DNA of 63,996 nt, the filler included, from Stramenopiles sp. TOSAG23-2 (lineage: Eukaryota): the NCBI GenBank assembly GCA_900128395.1. It is 11 parts of 11 records of this genome, joined end to end, with 100 filler letters (N's around TTAATTAATTAA, not from the genome) between each part and the next. Parts side by side here need not be neighbours in the genome. Positions count along the whole stretch, not along the records: positions 17,639 to 23,402 come from LT650594.1; positions 23,503 to 29,260 come from LT650595.1; positions 29,361 to 35,114 come from LT650596.1; 8 more parts are not named here. One strand, given 5' to 3'. Position numbers and translations under genes: made by a program. The notes under the pieces were generated by a model. It was not told the DNA's origin. It ran no database searches and saw only the letters and a program-made list of their open reading frames with translations. Shown here piece after piece: positions 22,685 through 35,214 of this stretch; position 1 is the stretch's first letter; each line of letters begins with the position of its first letter.

Positions 22685-23978
22685 AATTGTTATTGTTATA
22701 AACTGTATATATTGTAAATCCACTTCCCTGTATTTCTATTTTTAGAACGGGTAGGATACTACATATATGCATATGCAATAGATTAGTAATAATAATAATT
22801 AATAATAATAATAATAATAATTGTATATTATAGTACTAGAGATTTTTTGGATCCAAAAATGTATAATTATTTGTGATCAATCTTTAATGCTAATCGCATT
22901 GTAGAAGATGAGTACAAGTTTAGCTGAGTATAAATAGTAACTATAAGTAAACTATCCAATACATAGCGGCGAAATGCCTATCGCGGGCTGGGCGGGCCTC
23001 AACCGCGAAGGTTTTTTTCGTAAACTATGTTTTTTTGTTTTGTATACTTATAAGTAGTAGCTATATACTATTAATGAAATTAAAATGTATAATATACAAT
23101 AAATTAGTTTTTTTTGATTTTATACATCTTTAGGTAACAGCCGCAATTTTTTTTACTACAGACAAAAAATAAATACTATGATATACTTGTCAATATAATT
23201 TTACAAATAGACAAAAACGGATACACCAATGGATGATTTAGATGATATATTGCTACATAGTATAGCAAACAGTGGCCATTTGTTATTTGAGAATGCTTCC
23301 AACGACTTTCGTCGATGGGTACGCGATCCTGATCAATTGCCTCATTAATTAGATGCTGCTGAAAAAACGGAAGATGAATTACGTGATAAGATTGATCGTA
23401 TANNNNNNNNNNNNNNNNNNNNNNNNNNNNNNNNNNNNNNNNNNNNTTAATTAATTAANNNNNNNNNNNNNNNNNNNNNNNNNNNNNNNNNNNNNNNNNN
23501 NNGTGCAAGTGATATTGAATTAGTTGTTGATGGTCTTGGCGAGTTTCATTTAGATGCATTGAAGAAGAAGAAGAAGAAGAATGGAGAAAGACGATGATGA
23601 TAAAAAATAATAAGAGTGGGTTAAAATATTTTCTAGTCAATATTGATATTAGTATACTAATAAGTACAAATATTAAAAATTTCACTTTTTCATTCTTCGA
23701 ACAAAAAAATTAATAATATAAAAACTATAAAATATATTTTCGAAAGTGAAAACATATATCCAATGTATATATACAATTGACAATCCAACACATATGTAAA
23801 AGTACAATTGAAAAAACAAGATTGATAATAATGTCATTGGAGACCTATATATCATATCATAAGTTATTTTCTTTCAAATCACTCATTTAAGAAAAAAAAC
23901 AATTTCATATATATATATATACATATAAATTAATCTAAATCAAATTGTGAATAATATTAATTTAACAACAATAAAAAA

Positions 23979-25075
23979 ATGTTATTGCGATATATCCACA
24001 ACAATTTTTTAAGAAAACCATTGACAAGGAGAAGAAGTATATTTTATAGTACGACAACGAAAATTTTTACCGATAATAGTGCATTAGATCCACCATCATT
24101 TGAAACATCGGTTCCACCAAATATACCATCTGATTTTCAATCATTAAAATTAATTCATTCTGAAATTGTTGCAAATAATACAAAATTATTATCTTTTGAA
24201 TTACCACAACATGTGTTCCACCAAATATACCATCTGATTTTCAATCATTAAAATTAATTCATTCTGAAATTGTTGCAAATAATACAAAATTATTATCTTT
24301 TGAATTACCACAACATGTCGATGATTTATCTTCATTACATATACCTTCCGGTATCAAAGTGAAACAAGAGGTATTACCAGGTTTAACGCATGATAAATCC
24401 TATTCACCAATATCATTGCCAAATAATAACAAACAAGTAGATATTGTTGTAAAAAGATATGAATCAGCCGATCCATCCTTTAAAGGATTAGGTGCATACA
24501 TGTGTAATGATTTAAATATAGGTGATTCCATTGATGTTAAATTTAAGCCAAAGAAATTGTTACATGGAAAACCATATGAAGCAAATCGATTTAAAAATTT
24601 AATTTTTATTGGTAATGGAACTGGAATTGCACCATTATATCAAATGGCTTTACATATATTGGATAATGATATGGAAGATCAAACAAATATTTATTTCATC
24701 AGTGCACATCGATCTGAAAATGATATATTATTAGGAAATGAATTAAATTCTATGTATGAGAAACATGAACAATTTAAAGAAAATATATTTGTCTTATCAA
24801 AAAGTAGTAATAATGATGGAGAGAATATGACGAAGAAGAACAGCGGTCGATATGTTGGGTTAGAAGATTTGAAGGAGATACCATTGCCAAAATCAATAGA
24901 TGATGTGGAAACAAGTCATTGTATTATTTGTGGTACCGATGGATTTTTAGAACATGTATGTGGTATGACATCATTTGCATATGAGGAAGATGGTTCAAAA
25001 CATAAACAACAAGGTGAATTGAAAGGTTTTTTAAAGGAATATGGTTTTCATAAATCTCATGTAACAAAGTTGTGA
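23979..25075 (+). CDS. NADH-cytochrome b5 reductase-like FAD/NAD(P) oxidoreductase with predicted mitochondrial presequence (~330 aa after collapsing a 104-bp duplication)
   Basis: KSYSPIS, VKRY, FIGNGTGIAPLYQ, IICGTDGF; removing one copy of 24111-24214/24215-24318 fuses ORFs 23979 and 24359 in frame. Confidence 0.85.
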
Positions 25076-25380
25076 AGGGTTTGCATATGAGGAAGATGGT
25101 TCAAAACATAAACAACAAGGTGAATTGAAAGGTTTTTTAAAGGAATATGGTTTTCATAAATCTCATGTAACAAAGTTGTGAAGGGTGACTATATAATGTG
25201 ATTATAATATGATGGAGATATATATATTTGATTCGAATCGGGGATAGTGGATGGGACCTGCAAACAAATCGCGCGCGTGTAAAATTGTTTTTTGTTTTGA
25301 TTCATTTTTAAAATAACCTTTTAAAAGTAAAATGTAATCCCCGTTATAAACGCTCTTTTTAAAACAAACACGCACACACT

Positions 25381-26189
25381 TCACAATGATCCTGCTACTG
25401 ATGATGATGGTTTAAATCCAACTGTTTGTAATATTTTTACATTTGGTTTACCACCGATAAAAGGTGCTTGACGTTTTCCACCAGCTTTAAAATAATCTGT
25501 ACTACCATGAAGTTGAATACTGATGATGATGGTTTAAATCCAACTGTTTGTAATATTTTTACATTTGGTTTACCACCGATAAAAGGTGCTTGACGTTTTC
25601 CACCAGCTTTAAAATAATCTGTACTACCATGAAGTTGAATAGCTGATGCATCTGTATATAACTCCGTAAAGATACATTTCGATTCATAATCATTTTGAGA
25701 TTTAAAAGTTTTACGTTGTTTTCCTAAACAATACAATAAATTACCAGATTCTTTTGATTGAACATCATCCATCAATGGTAAAGTTGCTTTTTCAAAACCA
25801 GCAATACTTTCTGTACTACTATCTTTCAATGGAATTTCTGCAATTATCGCCATGGTTGGTTTCTTACCCTCTTTGAATCCTGTATTACCAACAACATCTA
25901 AAAATTGTACAGCAGTTTTACCAATTTGCAACGCAGCACGTGCAGCTTGATTCTCCGCTCCATTTTTAAATAAGGCTAAATGTGCCTTGAAAGCAGCTTC
26001 ATCTTTGTACAATTCAATCACATAATATTCCCCAGGATTTTTTGGTGCTTTACATAATTGAAATAATAAAACATCTGGTTCTGTGCTGTAAATTTGTGCA
26101 GCCCTTTCTAAAAATAATGATTCATATTTTGCAAGTGATTCTGCATCTGATTGTATTGTCATAGACGCGACGATACATAATGGTGGCAT
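25381..26189 (-). CDS. Tandem ABM (antibiotic biosynthesis monooxygenase-like, dimeric alpha+beta barrel) domain protein, ~228 aa after collapsing a 122-bp duplication
   Basis: Two ABM-like units: EPDVLLFQL...YYVIELYKDEAAFKAH and ESGNLLYCL...IFTELYTDASAIQLHGSTDYFK; true end ...KPSSSVAGSL* at 25381. Confidence 0.8.
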
Positions 26190-26814
26190 GTTGTGAATAG
26201 AACTAAATTTGTGCAGCCCTTTCTAAAAATAATGATTCATATTTTGCAAGTGATTCTGCATCTGATTGTATTGTCATAGACGCGACGATACATAATGGTG
26301 GCATGTTGTGAATAGAACGACTATATAGATATAAAAAAAACAAAAATGTTAATAATGTAGTTCGTTTGAATGGAATATGTTGTGACGAGTCTGTATATCT
26401 TTTATATGATGTCATTTACATCATCACCCACCATCCACACACACACACAAATCAAATCAAAAAAGGCCCAACAAAAAAGAAGATGTAGATAGAAGATATT
26501 AATATAGGAAGAATACCATCAAACAAATATAATATACCATCTAAAGAAGAAGTGCAAAAAAAAAAAACGTTTTACGATACAACTATTTAAAAATCAATAT
26601 AAATCATAATAATAATAATCAATTATATATATCTTTTTGTTTACGCTAATCTATATACAAAAATGTTTCATTCAAAAATAATATTACGTCATGCTTCATC
26701 ATCTACAATACATATTATTAGAAATGTAAAAAATAATAATAAATATCAATATAAATCATAATAATAATAATCAATTATATATATCTTTTTGTTTACGCTA
26801 ATCTATATACAAAA

Positions 26815-28369
26815 ATGTTTCATTCAAAAATAATATTACGTCATGCTTCATCATCTACAATACATATTATTAGAAATGTAAAAAATAATAATAAATTTAA
26901 ATTTAAATTCAAATATAATAATTGGAAACAAATAAAAAATAGGATGCCGATCATTACCAAATACAATACGATGAATTTTTTACATTACCGCGTGTTTTCA
27001 TCATCATCTATGAACGATGATTCATCCAATGCATTGAAAAAGAAAATTGTACAAAATAATAATATCTATCAATATGATGCAAATAGTAAAACATTTCAAA
27101 AATCTAATGAAAGAATTTTTTACATTACCGCGTGTTTTCATCATCATCTATGAACGATGATTCATCCAATGCATTGAAAAAGAAAATTGTACAAAATAAT
27201 AATATCTATCAATATGATGCAAATAGTAAAACATTTCAAAAATCTAATGAAACAAAGACGTTTTCAAGTGTTGGACAACGATTTGTAAAACATTTATTGC
27301 CAAAAGATTATAAAACCTCTGTTCCTCGTAGCTACATTGACTATTCAAAGGTTTATGCAGTAGGGGCATTAGCTAGTTCTGCTGCTATGGTATTATCTAC
27401 ACAATCATTGTTATATGCAATTGGTTTAGGTGCAGGTGCAATTCCATTATCTGCTGCAATTAATTGGGTATTGAAAGATGGATTGGGTCAATTAGGTGGT
27501 GTATTGTTTACAAGTTTTGTTAATAATAAATTTGATTCCGATCCTAAACGTTGGAGAATTGTTGCTGCATTTTCACTTGATATTGCAATGTATTTAGAAG
27601 CATTGACACCATTGGCACCAGTATTATTTTTACCATTAGCAGCTGTTGCAAATACGTGTAAAAGTATATCATGGTTAGCTGCAAGTGCTACACGAGCTGG
27701 AATACATTTATCATTTGCAAATAAAGGAAATCTTGCTGATATTACTGGAAAAGCTGGTTCACAAGGTGTTGTTGCATCTACTGCTGGTAATTTTCTTGGT
27801 ATCTTTATGTCACCATTTGTTGGTACTGATCCATATAATATTTTTGCATGTGTTTTTGCGTTAAGCACGGTACATTTAGGGTCGATGTTTTTTGCATTGA
27901 ATCATGTATCATTAAATACATTAAATATGCAACGTGGAGAAATGTTTACAAGATATTATTTAGATCATTACGATGGTAGTAATAATAATAATAATAATAA
28001 AGATGTCATTTTAACACCAGAAATGGTTGCAAAAGAGGAAGTTGTTGTTGGTAGTAATTTGAAATATTTATTTAATGGTTTTGATAGTAAATTAATTGTT
28101 GGACCACCTATTGATAATTTTAGTGGGACGATGATATTGTCAAACAATGATACCAACGGAGTCGATACATTATTAAATGATCTTGAATTAAATAAATTTG
28201 TTGTATTTGATTATAGTAGTAGTAGTAGTAGTAGTAGTACTGATGATGGTATTGGTTTGTATTTCGATGAAAATGCTACAACTAGAGATATGTTAAAAGG
28301 TTATTTAACAAGTATGCATGATACATTATTAAATGATCTTGAATTAAATAAATTTGTTGTATTTGATTA

Positions 28370-28422
<53 letters not shown>

Positions 28423-28697
28423 CTGATGATGGTATTGGTTTGTATTTCGATGAAAATGCTACAACTAGAGATATGTTAAAAGGTTATTTAACAAGTATGC
28501 ATTATATAAGATCCATGGAGGATAAAAATAATATAACATACACAAGTTTTGAAACTTCAAAGGAATATGGAGAAAAAGAAGTAGATCATTATATATTACA
28601 ATTAGAATCAAATGGATGGAATGTACAACATGTATTTTTCGATGAGAAAAATATGGGAAAATTGAAGTTATCACAAAGAAGTGATGGCGAGGATTAG
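26815..28697 (+). CDS. RUS1 / DUF647 (root UV-B sensitive, C16orf58-like) family protein, ~530 aa after collapsing duplications
   Basis: LLPKDYKTSVPRSYIDY, VLSTQSLLYAIGLG, AAINWVLKDGLGQLG, FDSDPKRWR, ATRAGIHLSFANKGNLADITGK, LNTLNMQR; removing the 140-bp duplication joins ORFs 26815 and 27132. Confidence 0.9.
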
Positions 28698-29362
28698 TTT
28701 TTTTTTTTATAGAGATATGTTAAAAGGTTATTTAACAAGTATGCATTATATAAGATCCATGGAGGATAAAAATAATATAACATACACAAGTTTTGAAACT
28801 TCAAAGGAATATGGAGAAAAAGAAGTAGATCATTATATATTACAATTAGAATCAAATGGATGGAATGTACAACATGTATTTTTCGATGAGAAAAATATGG
28901 GAAAATTGAAGTTATCACAAAGAAGTGATGGCGAGGATTAGTTTTTTTTTTTGATATTTATATATATATATATACGACGATGACTCCTGAACTTTATAGA
29001 GAGAGAGACTGAAAAAAGTTTTTGAGAGAAAGGTGTAAAATTCGTGTAAAAATAGAAACAATAATAATATATCCTAGAGAGAGTAAATTTTTTTTATACG
29101 ACGTGTCATATAATTTATTTAGCACATGCGCGCACATTTCTTTTTCTGGCTGTGTGTTTTCTTTTCTAATTATAACATTTTTTCAATCACCTTTTCTTCT
29201 TCTTCGTCCCTTCTTCATCACTATTATTAGTACATTGTTTTTTCAAATAATATGCAATTANNNNNNNNNNNNNNNNNNNNNNNNNNNNNNNNNNNNNNNN
29301 NNNNTTAATTAATTAANNNNNNNNNNNNNNNNNNNNNNNNNNNNNNNNNNNNNNNNNNNNAT

Positions 29363-32300
29363 GCCTCGTCCTCTTCTTTTTCATATAATGTTGCGGGTTT
29401 TGACGGCGGCGTATTTTATTTAACATGTTCGAATGCCTGTAAAGAAGTAGAAATTCAAGTAAATTTATGCCTTTTTGCAGGCAATGAAGCGGTTAGATAT
29501 GGTGGTGTATTAGCATATCATGCGGATGCTACTACTAATAATGATGGCAATACAAATTTAAAAATTCAATTTGATGAAAGTAAATTTCTTAGTAATATTG
29601 GCAAAGAAAACGGTGGAGTTATTTTTGGCAGTGAGCACATTTCACATATTTTTATAAATTCTTGCCTATTTGCTGATAATACGGCTTGGTATGCTGGGGG
29701 TGGTATATACATTGTGGGACCAGAAATAACCATGTCGACCGATTCTCAAATAGTTCTAAATATATTTGATACAATCTTTTTACGTAATACGGCTACGGTA
29801 TGTTACAATAGCGATACTCAAATAAGTGGTGGTGGTGGAGCAATTTTTATCAGTGACAGTGCTTCTATAATCATATTCAAATCAACATTTTTCAACAATT
29901 CAGCGGTTTCTAGTTCAAGGGGTAATGGTGGTGGAGCAGTATTAATCAATCAAGTTTCAAAACTTGTAACAAATTACATAGACTCGTCAATATTTGAAAG
30001 GAATACTGCAAAAAAAGGCTCAGCATTATCAATCTATGAGAGCAATTTAGAATTGTCAAACGTTTCGTTTATAGAAAATATGATTTCAACAGCCCCTGAA
30101 ATTAGTTCAACTGTAATTGTAACGAAATTAGGTGACGATGATGATGGTAAATACGGAACTATTAAAAACGTTAACTTGTATTCATGTAAATGTAAATTTT
30201 CGATAGAATTAAACAAAGAACCAAATTTTGCACATAAAAAAGTGAGATATTTGGATAGAGAAGAATTTAGAATTATAACAAAGAATTATTTCGATAAAAA
30301 TAAATTGGAAGGTGGCACAGTACTTTTTGATGGGGATGCAGACAGCGAGAAAAAAGTATTAACAATAAATAATTGTAAACTAATTAAGAATCATGCAAAA
30401 AATGGTGCCGGGGTATATATTAAGGGATCCGTAATCGCAAATATATTAAATTCAACAAAAATTTCGACCAATGTGGCGCTATTTGATGGTGGTGGTATAT
30501 TTGTTACACAACATGCACGCGTAAATATTTATCACAGTATTTTAAGTGAAAACATAGCCAAGCGAAATGGCGGTGCAGTTTTGCTTCAAATAAACTCGAA
30601 ATTGATGTCATCAAAAAACAGTATTGTGAAAAACAATTATGCTTTTGGTAATGGTGGTGGTATTTGTGTAAAAGAGGAATCAAACCTTATATTATCTGAA
30701 GCAAACGGTGTTGAAATAGTCTCAAACAAAGCGTTGAAGGGCGGTGGTATTTTTTTTAATGCAATTGAAGAAATCCTTAGTAATTTACATTATACAAATT
30801 TTCCAAGTAACAATACAGCAGTACATGGACCCGATTTATGGGCATTTGATCTTAATGTAAAGCCAATTGGAATTATATGCCCGCAATTTAAATATTTTAA
30901 ATATAGGCTTGGTGTGCCTCAAAAATTTCACAATGCTACAAATTTACTTGAAATTATGTGTCCTACGTGCAAAAATGGAAAAACTGCCGAAGAAAATTCT
31001 TTTCAATGCAATTTCTGTGAATTTGGAAAAGCGGGTATACTGGGGCGATGCAATGATTGCCCTGTAAATTATTATAGTGACAGAAGGGGAGCTTTTTCTT
31101 GCGCCCAATGTCCTAATGGTAGATATGCTAGCGCTGTCAATAATGTATTTTGTCTTGATTCACCAAAACCATGCAAGCCTAGCAATGTTCACCTCACATT
31201 AGTGTCGCATTTTAATGTTTCCGCTGTCAATTTGAATGATGTCAATGTCACTTGGGCATTAGATATTTATGACTGTAATGCAAAACTGCCTGATGGATAT
31301 ATAATTGAAATATCATCTTCAAGAAACTTTCCCAAAAATAAAACAGGTATTGCATATTATCAAAAAATTGTTTTTGGAACTGAGATTCGATTTACAACTT
31401 TACGTGTCAATGACCCGGTAAATAACATGAAATATTTAGCACGAGTACGAGGCTTTATAAACGATACATTAGCAACAAGTAACTGGTCTCCCGCTTCTAT
31501 ACCGTATACTGCTAGCTTTGAATGCAATGTGCATTCATATCTGCATTTAAACTCCATAGACCCAGCAAAATGGTATTGTGCCTCGTGCATGAAGGGTGCT
31601 TCTTGCAAGTCAACAATAGCATCATATACAGCAATCTATGCACAAAAAAGCAACCAATTATACCTAGTAGTAAGTGGCATTAAAGCAAAATTTGGTTATT
31701 GGAGAGCAAGCAAAAACATAACAAATTTTGAGCGCTGCTTATTTCCACCAGCATGTCTTGGTGCCGCTAACCCGGAAGAATTTCAAGGTAAATATGTTGA
31801 TTCTTTGAATGAAAATAGAGATCCATCCTTAATTGAGAACCCAGAAGAAGAATGTTACGTAGATGCGGGGTATAAGGAACAGTGTATTGATGGTGATGGA
31901 AATTCAGAACGTTGTCGTTTATGTATGTTCTGTACAAGTGACATGAGACGTTCATATGCATCCCCTCGATGCAAGTTATGCCCCGAAAGTAATATTTTGT
32001 TAATGGTAGGTATTCTATTGGTTTGCATCTTTGTTTTTGTATTGTTTTTATTGCATGGAATGGGACGAGCAGGTAAAAAGTATACTAGCGCGCATCAAAG
32101 GCGCTTGTTATTATCTTATATGCAAATGAACGCATTGTTAGCTAGCGTTGGAATTGATTGGCCAAATAGTGTTATGACTTTGTTTAACATTCAATCGGCT
32201 ATAAGTACTGTCGGGGATCATGTCTTAAAATTTGATTGTTTATTTCAAAACAATCAACCGGAAGAGCTGGTCATGCAACTTCAATTTATTTATTTAATTG

Positions 32301-33785
32301 CACCATTATGTGTACTTTTACTGTTTTGGGCACTAATATCAATAACAGTGAAGCAAACAAGCGCGCATAGATCGTGGACACGAAATGATTTGCTTATAAA
32401 AGGGACTGTGTTGATGCTATACATGACATATCCATCAATTGTTCGACAGTCTTTTGTTTTGTTTCACTGTTTTAATTTACCAGGTCGCTGTGAAAACGAA
32501 GCAGGGCAAAATTTTCCAGAAATTGCAAAGGAAATGTGTGAAAGTAAGACTATGCAATCTCTTGGTTATACATGGGTAACGGTTGAGAATAAGTTTGGTC
32601 TAGGTGACTATTTGTATGCAGCCCCAACACTGAAATGTTGGACATTTCAGCATTTAGTATATGTTGGTTTAATTGGCGCGCCACATTTAATATTATATGT
32701 AATTGGTTTGCCGTTACTTGGGGCTATTACCCTTTACTCGTTAAAAAAAAAGAATTTATTAAAAGAAGATAGAACCATTTTCTTACTTGGTTTACTCTAT
32801 GATGGTTGTAAGTAAATTCTGTTCCCCTACACCTCAAAAAAAAGATACACCTTCTAACACATCAGTCGTTCATACACTACGCTCCACAGATAAACCAAAT
32901 AGGTGGTGGTGGCAAATTGTTATTTTATATGTAAAAGCGTGTATTGCTTTTGTAGCATATGGTTTCTCTGGTCACCCAGTGTTAGGTTTATTATTTTCTA
33001 TGCTTGTTTTTATGATTTTATGGTTGTTAGAAATATTGTTAAGACCATGGAAACATGAAGGACTATTAAAGGATAAAATAGAATCTAATATACAAACAAC
33101 ACGAAGTCTAAGAAATTCATGGGCACCAATAGCAATGTTAAATCTTCAAACTACTCTTACTAATGCTATGGAAAAAACAACGTTGTCTAAATTTAGTGGA
33201 ATTGCAACGATGCTATGTCTTTTAACAGCATGGTGTGGAATATATTTTCATTTCGAACCTACATGTGCGGTTGCAAACAGTAATACTGCCGTTGGGAATT
33301 TATGTAATATATTTGCATACTCTTTAATAACAGCTCATATAATTTTTATATTTTGGGCACTTAGAACAATTTTTAAAACTCACAGGTTTGAAATAGCAGT
33401 GAAGAAAAAGGCAACAGAAGAAAATAATTTGGTAAAGAATGATTCAAACGATAATATAAATATATTAAATACGAAAAATGGTAGGAAAGAAGGCACGGAA
33501 TTCAAAAAGTTGGACTTGAAAGCAATTGAAATGGTAAAATCTTCAAGACCATATCGTAGTGCAACCAAAGTAACAAAGAAGCTAAAAAAAAGGGTAGCGT
33601 TTGATTTGAATAGGAAAAGGGCAAAAACAAGCAACAATGACAACAATGAAATTGCTCGTTCAACTGGGCTTACTTTCAAGAAACAAATTAAGAACCAGAG
33701 TAATACTGGTGTGACAATTGATGATGATGTTGTTATGTTGCAAAATCCATTGAACCGGTTAAAAAATGTAAAGTTAAATCCATAA
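29363..33785 (+). CDS. Large cell-surface multi-pass membrane protein: GGA(I/V) beta-helix (PMP/pectin-lyase-like) repeats, Cys-rich repeats, FN3-like domain, ~7 TM region; 5' partial; exons 29363-32807 and 32890-33785
   Basis: Repeated NxAxxxGG(A/G)(I/V); CxxCPxGxY repeats; YLARVRG...SNWSP; GYWR, YMQMNALL, YPSIV; splicing gives LLYDGYKPNRWWW. Confidence 0.85.
32808..32889 (+). other. Spliceosomal intron (82 bp), homologous to the intron at 62014-62098; introner-like
   Basis: GTAAGT...TCTAAC...CCACAG; removal restores the frame; aligns end to end with the ABCD-gene intron. Confidence 0.85.
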
Positions 33786-34400
33786 TATAAAAAAATACGA
33801 GAGTAGCTCTTCTATGCTAGTCTTCTGCGGCGTCAGCCATCTCTGGACACCATGGATCTTCCTGGTCCAAATCTCCGTTTTTCCAGAGGAAGCGTCAGCC
33901 TCTATCAGTAATGCTTTTCGTGTAAAAAAAGTATGACCACACCACACTCTTTCAGAATTTTTTCTCTGTGTGTATATTAATAGATATTACACATGAAATA
34001 AGATTTGAGAGAACTATCCTAATTATTTACCCTTTTTTTTCAAAATTTTTTCCGTGTCAGAAAAAACCTTATTGTTCGGCTCTCTTTTGGCACATTTTGA
34101 GAAGTTTCTAGCTACGAACAGTACAGGTACATCATGTGTAGTAGTGTACTGGTACGTACATACTGGTATGTAGCACTTTACAAGAACTACTACCTGTAAA
34201 ATAAAATGACAAGTAAAAAAATATTTATCTTTCAACACATATTTTCAATACAACATGTACATAAAATATAGAGATATATATGTACAAAGAACTTCAAGAA
34301 CAAACAATTCTCGATTGAATCATAGTATATATACGATTGAAAAGAAAACAAGGATAAAAAGGAAAACAATTTTTATATTTTTAAGAAACGATTAAAAACA

Positions 34401-34610
34401 ATGCCAAAAGCAAAAACTAAACGAAGAAGGCGTCGTGTTTAGACATTAAATCGTCAAAGTAATGGGATGAGACCAAATCGAAAACGTTGTGAATGTGGTG
34501 GGATTACTGGGATTTGTGGTACTGCTGATGGTGCAAATGCATGGAGAAAACATATGGGCACTGATCGTCATATGAAATGGGAAGCACAACGATATGGATT
34601 GGATTTTTAA
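34401..34610 (+). pseudogene. Small CxC...Hx5H zinc-finger ORF with an in-frame TAG at codon 14
   Basis: MPKAKTKRRRRRV*TLNRQSNGMRPNRKRCECGG...AWRKHMGTDRHMKWEAQRYGLDF*. Confidence 0.4.
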
Positions 34611-35214
34611 TGATCCGGTTCAATCATTTCTAAAAAAACCTCTGTGTTCTCTAAACATCAAACGACTTGGAAATTGGATGATTTTAATAATGTATCACGT
34701 CGTCTTGAACGCATAGAAAAAAACACATAAAGAGAGAAAACTAATAAGAAAAAAGAGGCAATTCAAAAGGATGTAAGATATACACTTCATCATGCTTTGC
34801 TTTATTTACATATGCATTATAAAAATAAATTCGCACATTGCAGTCGAATCGAAATACCATTTATAAATGGTTCTCATAATTTTGTATTTTTTTATTTAAT
34901 TTTTTTTAAAATATAAAAATGATATCAAAATATGAAATGTGAAATAATAAAAAATAAAAAAAAAGATGATTTATACTTTAGACATGAGGAGGAGTAAAAA
35001 TATTACAAACGTATTGTTAATAATACACCACGTGTGACGTGTGTTACATTTTTTAAAACGAGGCGTGTCTAGATTATTATTATTTTTATTATTTAAATAT
35101 TACGTATATATAACNNNNNNNNNNNNNNNNNNNNNNNNNNNNNNNNNNNNNNNNNNNNTTAATTAATTAANNNNNNNNNNNNNNNNNNNNNNNNNNNNNN
35201 NNNNNNNNNNNNNN

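Larger units (their letters stand above)
24111..28953. repeat. Eight local near-exact tandem duplications (periods 104, 106, 122, 115, 152, 140, 156 and 244 bp)
   Basis: First copies start at ~24111, 24974, 25396, 26089, 26593, 26973, 28164 and 28466, each directly followed by its copy. Confidence 0.93.

Noticed and set aside
23229..23402. ORF-like stretch with an in-frame TAA (…DQLPH*LDAAEK…), together with the TAG at 34440, as possible stop-codon reassignment
   Set aside because: Conserved genes here end in TAA, TAG and TGA and have no internal stops; standard code applies
26204..26415. Second ABM gene start (ORF 26203-26415) and extra RUS1 C-terminal ORF (28681-28941)
   Set aside because: Products of the exact tandem duplications, not separate genes
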